This document shows, one piece after another, positions 27,885 through 37,044 of a stretch of DNA of 64,000 bases; positions within the stretch are counted from its first letter, which is position 1; every line of letters begins with the position of its first letter. The translations under genes and the position numbers were made by a program. The notes under the pieces are model-generated. The model ran no database searches and had not been told where the DNA came from. It saw only the letters and a list, made by a program, of their open reading frames with translations. Source of the stretch: Polaromonas sp. (lineage in GTDB: Bacteria; Pseudomonadota; Gammaproteobacteria; Burkholderiales; Burkholderiaceae_C); NCBI GenBank assembly GCA_021153985.1, contig JAJKJM010000047.1, positions 52,403-116,402 on the forward strand, given 5' to 3'.

Positions 27885-29120
27885 ATGAGCAGTATTTTTG
27901 AAGGTTTCCTGTCCTCATCCGAAATCCTGGAAGCGTTCAGCGAACGCAACTTCCTCGATGCGATGCTGCGCTTTGAAGCTTCGCTGGCACGCGCGCAAGC
28001 CAGCGCCGGGTTGATCCCTGAGGCGGCGGCGCAGTCCATCGCCGGCACCTGCAAGGTCGAGCTGTTTGACGTCGCCAAGATCGTGCGTGAAAGCGGGCGC
28101 GCTGGCAGCATCGCCATTCCGCTGGTCAAGGCGCTGAAGGAAACCGTGGGGCTCTTTAACAAAGAGGCCGCCGGCTATGTGCATTTCGGTTCGACGTCGC
28201 AAGACGTCATCGACACCGCGCTGGCGCTGGTCACACGCGACGCGATGAAGCTGGTCGAGGCCGACATCCGCAAGGCTGTGACGGCATTGCTGGTGCTGGC
28301 CCGCCGCCATGCGGCTGACCCGGTGCTGGCACGCACACTGATGCAGCCTGCCTCTGTCACCAGCTTTGGCTTCAAATGCGCCGGCTGGGCTGCGCCGCTG
28401 GCACGCAGCCTGCAGCGCTTGCAGGTGGCGGGTGACAACGCGCTGAGCGTGCAACTGGGCGGGGCGGTCGGCACGCTCTCGCAGATGAAGGGCAAAGGCC
28501 CGCAAATCACGGCGCTCATGGCGGCGGATCTGAAGCTCAAGGCGGCTGCCTTTCCGTGGCACACGCAGCGCGACGAATGGGTGGCGCTAGGCTGCGAGCT
28601 GGGCCTGCTGGTTGGCAGCCTGGGCAAAGTCGCCAAAGATATTTCGCTGATGGGACAGTATGAGGTCGGTGAACTGGCCGAGCCGACCGAACCCGGGCGC
28701 GGCGGTTCGTCGGCCATGCCGCACAAACGCAACCCAGTCGCCTGCATGGTCGCGCTGGCCGCCAGTGCACGCGCGCCGCAGCGTGTGGCTGCGCTGTTGG
28801 CCACCATGCCACAAGAACATGAACGGGCGCTCGGCAACTGGCAGGCCGAGCTGGCCGAATGGCCCGGGCTGCTGATGTCGGCGCATGGCTCCGTGCGCGC
28901 CATGGCGCAGGCCTTGCCAGGCTTGCAGGTCGACACGAAGCGTATGCGCGCCAACCTGGACACCTTGCGCGCCGAACTGCCTGCAGCGGCCGCCGATGAA
29001 TGGTTTACCGCCGACCTGGCCACGCAGGCCGCGGCCCTGGCGAACGCGCAGGCCGACGCGATCGAAGCGCAATTGGCGCCCACCTCCACAACCGCACACC
29101 GTACAAAGGTAAAAGCATGA
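27885..29120 (+). CDS. pcaB: 3-carboxy-cis,cis-muconate cycloisomerase
   Basis: HFGSTSQD, GGSSAMPHKRNP, EHERALGNWQAE. Confidence 0.88.
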   Translation: MSSIFEGFLSSSEILEAFSERNFLDAMLRFEASLARAQASAGLIPEAAAQSIAGTCKVELFDVAKIVRESGRAGSIAIPLVKALKETVGLFNKEAAGYVHFGSTSQDVIDTALALVTRDAMKLVEADIRKAVTALLVLARRHAADPVLARTLMQPASVTSFGFKCAGWAAPLARSLQRLQVAGDNALSVQLGGAVGTLSQMKGKGPQITALMAADLKLKAAAFPWHTQRDEWVALGCELGLLVGSLGKVAKDISLMGQYEVGELAEPTEPGRGGSSAMPHKRNPVACMVALAASARAPQRVAALLATMPQEHERALGNWQAELAEWPGLLMSAHGSVRAMAQALPGLQVDTKRMRANLDTLRAELPAAAADEWFTADLATQAAALANAQADAIEAQLAPTSTTAHRTKVKA

Positions 29121-29524
29121 GTGACTATGACAAGGGAATGATCAACCGCCGCCGCGTGCTGGGCGACGCGTGGGTCGACAAATCGATTGCCAAGAGCAAC
29201 AGCTTTAACGGCGAATTCCAGGACCTGATCACGCGTTATGCGTGGAACGAGGTCTGGGGCCGCCCCGCGCTGGGCGACAAGACGCGCCGCCTGATGGTGC
29301 TGTCGACCATGATTGCCCTGAAGGCCTACGAAGAATTTGCGATGCATGTGCGCGCCGCGCTCGACGGCCCGCCCGAGTCGCGGCTCACGCCTGACGACAT
29401 CAAGGAGGTTATTTTGCAGGCCGCCATTTACTGCGGTGTGCCGGCGGCCAACCATGCGTTTTCGGTGGCGGGCGATATTCTGCGTGAGAAGGGCTTGCTG
29501 CCCGCTGCGGAGAAGCAAGCATGA
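29117..29524 (+). CDS. pcaC: 4-carboxymuconolactone decarboxylase
   Basis: RRRVLGDAWVD, FQDLITRYAW, AIYCGVPAAN. Confidence 0.9.
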   Translation: MSDYDKGMINRRRVLGDAWVDKSIAKSNSFNGEFQDLITRYAWNEVWGRPALGDKTRRLMVLSTMIALKAYEEFAMHVRAALDGPPESRLTPDDIKEVILQAAIYCGVPAANHAFSVAGDILREKGLLPAAEKQA

Positions 29525-30312
29525 AAGGCATGACACAACCGCAGCTGCATTGGATCCAGGAAGGCCAGGGGCCGGTGGTGGTGCTCAGCCACGCGCTGGG
29601 CTGCGACACGAGCATGTGGGACGGCGTGGCCGCTGCGCTTAAAGGCCGCTACACCGTGCTGCGCCATGATCACCGGGGCCACGGAAAGTCTGAGGCTGTG
29701 CCCGGCCCCTACACCATCGACTTGCTGGCTGATGACGTGGCCGGCCTGATCAAGACGCATTGCACAGGCCCGGTGCATTTTGTCGGCCTCAGCATGGGCG
29801 GCATGACCGCGCAGGCGCTGGCTGCGCGGCACCCGCAGCTGCTTAAGAGCATCACCGTCGCCAATGCGGCCATGTACTACGACGATGCCGCGCGCGCCAT
29901 GTGGGCCGCGCGTGTGAAAACGGTGCTGGAGCAGGGCGTGGCTGCGATTGCCGACGGCGCGATGCAGCGCTGGTTCACGCCCGAGTTCAGGGCCGACGAG
30001 ACCGGCGGCGGAAAGCAGCGCGTGGCGGCACTCAGGCTGCAGCTTGAGAAGACCGACGCGGCCGCCTATGCCGCCAGTTGCGAAGCGGTCGCCAACATTG
30101 ATTTTCGCGCCAGCAACGCAGGCATTCAATGCCCCGCGCTGGTGATTGCCGGGACGCGCGACGAGGCCACGCCCGTGGCGATGTCGGAGGCCATTTGCAA
30201 GAGCATCCCGGGCGCCCAGCTGCGCACCCTGCCCGCCGCGCACCTGAGTGCGGTCGAGCAGCCCGCCGCCTTTGCGGACTTGCTGGTGAATTTCTTCGAA
30301 GGCATGCGCTGA
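29521..30312 (+). CDS. pcaD: 3-oxoadipate enol-lactonase
   Basis: SHALG..MWD, RGHG, GLSMGG, RWFT, AAHLS. Confidence 0.85.
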   Translation: MKGMTQPQLHWIQEGQGPVVVLSHALGCDTSMWDGVAAALKGRYTVLRHDHRGHGKSEAVPGPYTIDLLADDVAGLIKTHCTGPVHFVGLSMGGMTAQALAARHPQLLKSITVANAAMYYDDAARAMWAARVKTVLEQGVAAIADGAMQRWFTPEFRADETGGGKQRVAALRLQLEKTDAAAYAASCEAVANIDFRASNAGIQCPALVIAGTRDEATPVAMSEAICKSIPGAQLRTLPAAHLSAVEQPAAFADLLVNFFEGMR

Positions 30313-30313
30313 G

Positions 30314-31441
30314 ATGTCCCCGGCCGGCCATGCCATTCTGGGCATCGCCGTAGCGGGCGCCGGTGTCATCGGCCGGCGGCATATTGAGCTGATCCAGGCG
30401 AGCCCACGCACCCGGCTGTGCGCCGTGGTGGACCCTCAGCCCGCGTCAAAAGATTTCGCCGCCAGCTTGGGTGTGCCGCACTTTGCCAAGCTCGAGGACT
30501 TGATCGCCGGGCCGGCCACGGCACAACCCGACGGCGTGATCCTCGCCACGCCCAACCCCTTGCATGTGCCCGGCGCGCTGCTATGCGCACAGCACCGCGT
30601 GCCGGCCCTGATTGAAAAACCCGTGGCCGATTCGCTGGAAGCCGGCCTGTTGCTGGCCGAGGCGTTGGCCCGGAATCCCACACCCATGTTGGTGGGCCAC
30701 CACCGGCGGCACAGCAGCACGCTGCAGGCGGCGCGCCGCGCCATCCAGTCGGGCATGCTGGGCCGTGTGGTCACGGTGACAGGAAGCGCGCAGTTCTACA
30801 AACCCGACAGCTACTTCGACCAGGGCGCCTGGCGCAAGCAGCCGGGGGGCGGCCCCATCCTCATCAACCTGATCCACGAGATGGATAACCTGCGCTACCT
30901 GTGCGGTGAGCTGGAGTCGGTGCATGCGGTGGCTTCGCACGCGGTGCGGCAGTTCGCCGTGGAAGACACGGCGGTGATGACGCTGAAGTTCGCCAGCGGC
31001 GCGTTGGGCACGTTTACCTTGTCAGACGCGGTGGCGTCGCCGCGCAGCTGGGAACAGACCTCGGGTGAGAACACCGCCTATGCGCGCTACCCGTCGCAAG
31101 ACTGCTACTTCATCGCAGGCACTCAGGGCTCCCTGGCCGTGCCGACCCTGCACACCTGGACGCATGGGCCCGTCGGCGCCAGTGAGCCCGGCTGGAACAC
31201 ACCCTTCACAGAGCAAAACCTGTCGCTGGAAGCCGTCGACCCGCTGGCCGCCCAGCTGGATCATTTCTGCGATTTGATCGAGGGCAGGGCAGAGCCGATA
31301 ATCACCGTCGCGGATGCCCTGCAAAGCCTGCGCGCCGTGGAAGCCGTGCGGCGTTCGATTGCCACCGGCCAAGTGGTCGCGCTGCAAGACCTCGCCACAA
31401 GCATCAGCCAACCTGAACACATTGAAAGACTCGCTTCATGA
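30314..31441 (+). CDS. Gfo/Idh/MocA oxidoreductase
   Basis: GAGVIG, IEKP, GHHRRH, GGGPILINLIH. Confidence 0.88.
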   Translation: MSPAGHAILGIAVAGAGVIGRRHIELIQASPRTRLCAVVDPQPASKDFAASLGVPHFAKLEDLIAGPATAQPDGVILATPNPLHVPGALLCAQHRVPALIEKPVADSLEAGLLLAEALARNPTPMLVGHHRRHSSTLQAARRAIQSGMLGRVVTVTGSAQFYKPDSYFDQGAWRKQPGGGPILINLIHEMDNLRYLCGELESVHAVASHAVRQFAVEDTAVMTLKFASGALGTFTLSDAVASPRSWEQTSGENTAYARYPSQDCYFIAGTQGSLAVPTLHTWTHGPVGASEPGWNTPFTEQNLSLEAVDPLAAQLDHFCDLIEGRAEPIITVADALQSLRAVEAVRRSIATGQVVALQDLATSISQPEHIERLAS

Positions 31442-31887
31442 AAACAGCCCTGGTCCTCAACGGTCCCAATCTCAACCTGCTGGGCACGCGCGAACCGGCC
31501 GTGTACGGTTCGCAGACACTGGCCGACGTCGAGGCCCTGTGCGCCAAGGCCTGCGCGGCCCACGGCTTCAAGCTGGACTTTCGCCAGAGCAACCATGAAG
31601 GCGCGCTGATCGACGCCATCCACGAGGCAGGCCGCGCCCAGGCAGCGGGCACGCTGGCGGGCGTGGTGCTCAATGCAGGCGCCTACACCCACACCAGCGT
31701 GGCGCTGCACGACGCCATCAAAGGCGCGGGCGTGACGCTGATCGAGCTGCACATCAGCAATGTGCATGCGCGCGAGGCGTTTCGCCACCACTCCTATATT
31801 TCACCGGCCGCCAAGGCGGTGATGGCGGGCTTTGGCGTCAAAGGCTATGCCCTGGCCATCGCCGGCCTGGTCGAGCTGGCCGGCTAA
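31438..31887 (+). CDS. aroQ: Type II 3-dehydroquinate dehydratase
   Basis: LNGPNLNLLGTREP..YG, QSNHEG, HISNVHAREAFRHHS. Confidence 0.95.
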   Translation: MKTALVLNGPNLNLLGTREPAVYGSQTLADVEALCAKACAAHGFKLDFRQSNHEGALIDAIHEAGRAQAAGTLAGVVLNAGAYTHTSVALHDAIKGAGVTLIELHISNVHAREAFRHHSYISPAAKAVMAGFGVKGYALAIAGLVELAG

Positions 31888-31905
31888 AAGCCCAGGGCGC
31901 TGAAG

Positions 31906-32322
31906 ATGGCCGCGCCACCGAAATTCCCCGTCGACGAACGCGAGGTGGAGTTCAGTGCCATCCGTGCGCAGGGCGCAGGCGGGCAAAACGTCAACAAGGT
32001 GTCCAGCGCGGTGCACCTGCGCTTTGACATCCACGCCTCTTCACTGCCCGAGGCCATCAAGGAGCGCTTGCTCTGCCTGTCCGACAGCCGCATCACGCAG
32101 GACGGCGTGTTCGTGCTCAAGGCGCAGCAGCACCGCACGCAGGAGATGAACCGCAGTGATGCGCTGGCCCGCTTGCAGGAGGTAGTGGATGGGGTTTCAA
32201 GTCCGCCCAAGGCGCGGCGGGCTACCAAGCCTACTTATGGCTCGAAGCAGCGGCGGTTGGCCGGTAAAAGCCAGCGCTCTGACATCAAGTCTTCACGGGG
32301 CAAGGTAGGCGGGGGCGATTGA
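31906..32322 (+). CDS. arfB: Alternative ribosome rescue factor B
   Basis: GAGGQNVNKVSSAVHLRFD, basic C-terminal tail. Confidence 0.93.
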   Translation: MAAPPKFPVDEREVEFSAIRAQGAGGQNVNKVSSAVHLRFDIHASSLPEAIKERLLCLSDSRITQDGVFVLKAQQHRTQEMNRSDALARLQEVVDGVSSPPKARRATKPTYGSKQRRLAGKSQRSDIKSSRGKVGGGD

Positions 32323-32364
32323 GCCACTGTGCGGCAGGCCGGTCATCCACCGTGCCCGTGCCGT

Positions 32365-32976
32365 TCAGGTCACTGTATATCGGCCGGGCTTGTGATTGAC
32401 CCACAGGAACAGGCTCATCAGCACGGCGGCCATCACGGAATAGCCCACGCGCTCGGGCGGCACCACCAGCAAGGCCAGCAGCACAACGGCCGAGTCAATG
32501 GCCATCTGCGCCTTGCCGGCGCGCCAGCCGTGTTTTTCCTGCAGGTAGAGCGTCACGATGGTCGCACCGCCGAGGCTGGCCCGGTGCCGGGCCAGGAAGA
32601 GGCAGCCGGTTCCCAGCAGCAAGCCGCCCACCAGTGCGGCGTACAAGGGGTGGATGTCCGCGATGTCAAACACCCTGGGCGACCAGTCGGCCAGCAGCGA
32701 CAGCAATGCGATTGATAAAAATGTCTTGATAGTGAACTCGCGCCCCATGCGGGTCCACGAGAACCAGTAAAAGGGCAGGTTGATCAGAAAGAACAGCTTG
32801 CCGAAGCTCACGCCGGTGGCGTAGTGCAGCACGAAGGCCAGGCCGGCCGTACCCCCCGTCAACAGCCCTGCCTGATTGAAGATCACCATCGCCAGCGACA
32901 CAAACAGCGTACCCGTGAAGATGCCCTGCGCATCGTCAAAGAGGGTGTGGCGTTCGGGGGTGGGGAATGGGGTCAT
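32365..32976 (-). CDS. YitT family membrane protein
   Basis: GLLTGGTAG, FFLINLPFY, ASLGG, NHKPGRY. Confidence 0.85.
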   Translation of the reverse strand: MTPFPTPERHTLFDDAQGIFTGTLFVSLAMVIFNQAGLLTGGTAGLAFVLHYATGVSFGKLFFLINLPFYWFSWTRMGREFTIKTFLSIALLSLLADWSPRVFDIADIHPLYAALVGGLLLGTGCLFLARHRASLGGATIVTLYLQEKHGWRAGKAQMAIDSAVVLLALLVVPPERVGYSVMAAVLMSLFLWVNHKPGRYTVT

Positions 32977-33100
32977 GTCGGAAGCTGCAATAGTGCCCGC
33001 GGACGGGTACTTCAAGCCCAGCATGATCTGTGCCATATGAGCGCTCCGCCAGCCAGGCCGTGCGCCCAGCCTGTCCGGTCGGTTGACCGTGGATGAAATG

Positions 33101-33160
33101 ATGGTGTTTTAGGGCTACAGCCCAATGCGCACGTGCGCTAGCAGCTATAAAAACAATAGC
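33101..33160 (-). repeat. ~60-bp fixed-spacing motif, copy C
   Basis: rc: gctattgtttttatagc-N22-gctg..taaaa. Confidence 0.65.
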
Positions 33161-33197
33161 AACTTGCTTCGGCTTGCGTTGCGGCAGGCCTGATTTC

Positions 33198-34187
33198 CTA
33201 CAGCCTGTCCCGCACCTGCGCGGTGATTTCCAGTGAGCGCCGGGCGATGGCCGGGTCGTAAATGTGCGTGGTCACCATCAGCTCGTCGGCCCGCGTCTGG
33301 GCAATAAATTCGCGCAGCCCTTCCTGCACGGTAAGGGGTGAGCCTGCAACGGCATAGCGCAGCATGCGCTGGGCGCCGACCTTTTCGGCGGGAGACCAAT
33401 AGGCTTCGATATCGTCGATGGGCGGCGGCATGGGGCCTGGTGTTCCGCGCAGCAGGTTGGTCATGGCCTGCTGGATGGATGTCTGCTGGTAGCGTGCCGC
33501 TTCGTCCGTTTCAGCCGCCACCACATTGGCTGCGACCATGGCATAGGGCTTGTCGAGTTGCGCCGAAGGCTCAAAGCGATCGCGGTAGATGTCCAGCGCT
33601 TGCATCAGCATGTCGGGTGCGAAATGCGATGCAAACGCAAAGGGCAGGCCCAGCGCGGCAGCCAGTTGCGCGCCGAAGAGGCTGGAGCCCAGTATCCACA
33701 GCGGCACCTTCAGGCCCGCGCCCGGCACGGCGCGGATACGCTGGCCGGGTTCGACTTCTTCAAAGTAATAACGCAGTTCCTGCACGTCTTGCGGAAAGGT
33801 ATCGGCGTTGTTCTGGTGGTCGCGCCGCAGCGCGCGGGCGGTCAGCTGATCGGTGCCGGGCGCGCGGCCCAGGCCCAGGTCGATGCGGCCGGGATAGAGC
33901 GAGGCGAGCGTTCCGAACTGCTCGGCAATTACCAGCGGCGAATGGTTGGGCAACATGACGCCGCCCGAGCCCACGCGGATTGTCTGCGTGCCGCCGGCTA
34001 CGTGGCCTATCACCACGGCGGTGGCCGCGCTGGCGATGCCGGGGTTGTTGTGGTGCTCGGCCAGCCAGAAGCGCTTGAAGCCCAGCTGTTCGGCATGCCG
34101 GGCCAGCGCCAGGGTGTTGCGAAAGGCATCGGCGGCGGTGGCGCCTTTGACGATGGGGGATAGATCGAGAACGGAAAAGGGGATCAT
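33198..34187 (-). CDS. LLM-class flavin-dependent oxidoreductase (YhbW-like)
   Basis: [30 protein letters not shown]. Confidence 0.92.
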   Translation of the reverse strand: MIPFSVLDLSPIVKGATAADAFRNTLALARHAEQLGFKRFWLAEHHNNPGIASAATAVVIGHVAGGTQTIRVGSGGVMLPNHSPLVIAEQFGTLASLYPGRIDLGLGRAPGTDQLTARALRRDHQNNADTFPQDVQELRYYFEEVEPGQRIRAVPGAGLKVPLWILGSSLFGAQLAAALGLPFAFASHFAPDMLMQALDIYRDRFEPSAQLDKPYAMVAANVVAAETDEAARYQQTSIQQAMTNLLRGTPGPMPPPIDDIEAYWSPAEKVGAQRMLRYAVAGSPLTVQEGLREFIAQTRADELMVTTHIYDPAIARRSLEITAQVRDRL

Positions 34188-34195
34188 GGTTTGGT

Positions 34196-34416
34196 TCCTT
34201 CTCCCTCAGGGAGAAGGTGGGGATGGGGGCTTGCGGCGTTTGGTGTGGCGCCGCGTGTATTTGGAAGGCCGCAGGCCCTCACCCCCGCCCTCTCCCAGGG
34301 GGAGAGGGAGCAAAGAGGTGAAGAGGGGGACGCAGACGAAAAGGGTACGGAAGAAGTGGTGTTCATGGTTTGACTCCCTCCCCCGCTGGGGGAGGGCAGG
34401 GGTGGGGGCCAGCGGC
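34196..34416. repeat. REP cluster (REPIN pair plus single REP)
   Basis: CTCCCTCAGGGAG..GGGGATGGGG / CCCTCACCCC..CTCTCCCAGGGGGAGAG, and CCCTCCCCCGCTGGGGGAGGG. Confidence 0.75.
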
Positions 34417-34500
34417 GGTCGATGGGTGCCCGACTTGCGAAGGCCAAGCCAGTTTAGGAGCTTAGTGATGGCCGCATGGGTGGCAGGGTATAACGCTTTT

Positions 34501-35385
34501 ATGACGGATTCAGTCACCCCTGCATTGCCCCCATTACCTCCGCAGGCGCAGTCTTTGCTGCAGTCAGCCAGCCGATTTGAAACCTCCTGCGGCAGCGGCG
34601 CCATGGTCTGGCACACCTGGGGGCAGGCGGCGCGCCGGCCGGGGCTCGCGCCGGTGGTGCTCTTGCACGGCGGCAGCGGCAGCTGGATGCACTGGCTGCG
34701 CAACATTCCTGCGCTGGTTGAAGCAGGCCGCTGGGTACTGGTGCCGGATCTTCCGGGTTTTGGTGACTCGGCCGTGCCAGCGGGCGGCAGCGATGCAGAT
34801 GCGTTGCCCGACCCTATGGAGCAAGGCCTGAAGATCCTGGTGGGGAACGCCGCCTGCGACCTGGTGGGCTTTTCATTCGGCGGCATGGTGGCCGGCTTTA
34901 TCGCCGAACGCTTTGCGGCACGGGCCGCGCGCGTGGTGCTGGTGGGTGCGCCCGGCCTGGGTGTGGCGCCTGATAAAGCGATACGCCTGCGCGCATGGCG
35001 GCACCTTGCCGATGAGAGCCAGCGTGATGTGATCCATCGCCACAACCTTGCCGCGTTAATGCTTTACCGCGAGGAGGCCATCACTGATCTGGCGCTGCGC
35101 CTTCACATTGCCAACGTGCTGCGCGACCGCATGAAGGGACGAAGCCTGGCGCGCACCGACGCGCTGGCGAAGTCCTTGGCGCGGCTGCGTTGCCCGGTGT
35201 GGGCGATTTATGGAAAGGAAGATGCGCTGTACCGCGGCAAACTTGAGGGGCTACGGGCAGCCCTGGCGCAGGCTGCGGATTTCAGGGGCCTGGTCCTGGT
35301 AGAAGGCGCCGGCCACTGGCTGCAGTTCGAACGCGCGGAGGCCTTTGACAAGGCCCTCTTCACGGCGCTCGAAGCGGCTCTCTAG
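34501..35385 (+). CDS. Alpha/beta fold hydrolase
   Basis: LHGGSGSW, DLPGFG, GFSFG, GAGHW. Confidence 0.85.
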   Translation: MTDSVTPALPPLPPQAQSLLQSASRFETSCGSGAMVWHTWGQAARRPGLAPVVLLHGGSGSWMHWLRNIPALVEAGRWVLVPDLPGFGDSAVPAGGSDADALPDPMEQGLKILVGNAACDLVGFSFGGMVAGFIAERFAARAARVVLVGAPGLGVAPDKAIRLRAWRHLADESQRDVIHRHNLAALMLYREEAITDLALRLHIANVLRDRMKGRSLARTDALAKSLARLRCPVWAIYGKEDALYRGKLEGLRAALAQAADFRGLVLVEGAGHWLQFERAEAFDKALFTALEAAL

Positions 35386-35387
35386 TT

Positions 35388-35807
35388 TTATTTCTCAATC
35401 GCGAGCAATTCGATGTCGAAGGTCAGCGTGGCATTGGGCGGCACCACGCCGCCGGCGCCGCGATCGCCATAGGCCGTGGCGGGTGGGCAGGTCAGCGTGG
35501 CCTTGCCGCCGACCTTGATCTTTTGCACGCCTTCCGTCCAGCACGGCACCACACGGTTCAGCGGAAAGGTGGCGGGCGCGCCGCGCTTGTAGGAACTGTC
35601 GAATTCCTTGCCGTCGGCCAGCGTGCCGCGGTAGTGCACCTTGACGGTATCGGTTGCCTTGGGCTGCGGGCCGGTGCCGTCGGTGCTGTGCACGATCTTC
35701 ACGCCGCTGGGCAGGGTCTCGGCCGGTGCGGCGGCAAGGGCGGTGGTGGACAGGGCAAGAGAGGTCAGGGCGGCAAGCGCGGTGGTCAATGTCTTCATGG
35801 AGGTCAT
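35388..35807 (-). CDS. Exported FKBP-type peptidyl-prolyl isomerase
   Basis: VHYRGTL, EFDSS, WTEG, AYG, PPNATL. Confidence 0.93.
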   Translation of the reverse strand: MTSMKTLTTALAALTSLALSTTALAAAPAETLPSGVKIVHSTDGTGPQPKATDTVKVHYRGTLADGKEFDSSYKRGAPATFPLNRVVPCWTEGVQKIKVGGKATLTCPPATAYGDRGAGGVVPPNATLTFDIELLAIEK

Positions 35808-35811
35808 GCTT

Positions 35812-35943
35812 TCATGGCTGAGGGGTGGTCGGAAGGCTGGCCTGGATTATCGTCCCGGCTTTTGACCTGCCCCTGTGGCGCCGGCTCGCCTGTCGCGCGC
35901 CGTTGAAGTCGCTGAGCTGGATCGTGAAGGAAATGGAAGGCAT
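35812..35943 (-). pseudogene. Possible 5' remnant of a gene divergent from the GntR regulator
   Basis: GGAG RBS + ATG, 43-codon ORF beginning MPSISFTIQLSDFNGARQ. Confidence 0.3.
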
Positions 35944-36002
35944 GAGGGATGCTCCAGCCAATCGAAATTGGCTCCAAAGGTTCAAAAAAGGTTCAAAAAA
36001 TC

Positions 36003-36040
36003 GGTAAGGCCGCTACAAAAAGTATTAAATTGGCCTTACC
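36003..36040. promoter_or_regulatory. FadR/GntR-type operator pair
   Basis: GGTAAGGCC (36003) and TGGCCTTACC (36031); the same motif recurs at 36943-36987. Confidence 0.65.
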
Positions 36041-36103
36041 TTTCGACGCCTGACCCATTAGAAAAACCGCCGTCGCATAAACTGCACCTCACGCGGAGGA
36101 CCC

Positions 36104-36811
36104 ATGCTGGACCCACTCAAACAGGTCGACAACCGTCGGCTCTACCAACAAATTGCCGAGCAGATTCGCGCCTTTATTGACAAGGGCAACTACACCGCGG
36201 GCGCACGGCTGCCGCCGGAGCGTGATCTGGCCCTGCAGCTGGGCGTCTCACGCCCCTCAGTGCGAGAGGCGCTGATTGCACTGGAAATTGAGGGCAGCGT
36301 GGAAGTGCGCATGGGCGCCGGCGTGTATGTTTGCAGCGCGGCTCAGCGCAAGCCCCAGTCCATGGCCACCATGGGCGAAAGCCCTATTGAACTGATGCAG
36401 GCACGCGCCGCCATCGAGGGCACCATCGTGCTGCAGGCCTGCGCCAGAGCCACGCCGGAAGCACTGTTGGCGCTGCGCCAGATCCTGGACAACATGCTGT
36501 CCGCGATGGCGCAAAACCGCTCGCCCCTGGCCTTTGACCGGCAGTTTCACCAGACGATTGCAGCCATGACAGGCAACTCCGTGCTGGAGCGGCTGGTGGG
36601 CGAGCTGTTTGACGAGCGTCACAGCCCGATTGCCGCGCGCCTGAGTGCGCATACCGAATCCCGCCAAAGCTGGGCCATTGCGCTGCAGGAGCATGAAGCC
36701 ATCCTGCGCGCCCTGGAGGGCCGGGATGTACTGGCCGCACAAAATGCCATGCGCATGCATCTGCAAGCCTCCGAACAGCGCTGGGTGGAGAACCGCCGCG
36801 AATGGTCATGA
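36104..36811 (+). CDS. FadR/GntR family regulator
   Basis: RLPPERDLA..GVSRPSVREAL wHTH; FCD domain FH..IA..GN. Confidence 0.92.
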   Translation: MLDPLKQVDNRRLYQQIAEQIRAFIDKGNYTAGARLPPERDLALQLGVSRPSVREALIALEIEGSVEVRMGAGVYVCSAAQRKPQSMATMGESPIELMQARAAIEGTIVLQACARATPEALLALRQILDNMLSAMAQNRSPLAFDRQFHQTIAAMTGNSVLERLVGELFDERHSPIAARLSAHTESRQSWAIALQEHEAILRALEGRDVLAAQNAMRMHLQASEQRWVENRREWS

Positions 36812-36942
36812 GCTAAGCTCCGCCCAGTCAACCCTCTTCCTCTGTACCTCTGGTCAGGCCTGCAATTGTGCAGATTTTGTTTCGATTTTTCGCACCGGTT
36901 TTGACCCCGGATCACGGGTAAGCACCAATACACACGCACTTC

Positions 36943-36987
36943 TTGGTAAGGCCAAATACGCCAGATTGTGTCAGGTGGCCTTACCAA
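36943..36987. promoter_or_regulatory. FadR/GntR-type operator pair upstream of the sugar ABC operon
   Basis: TTGGTAAGGCCAA and TGGCCTTACCAA. Confidence 0.7.
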
Positions 36988-37044
36988 TTTGCGGTGCAGC
37001 AAATTCATCCCTCCCGGCCCCTGACCCGCCAAGAGGAGTTCGCA

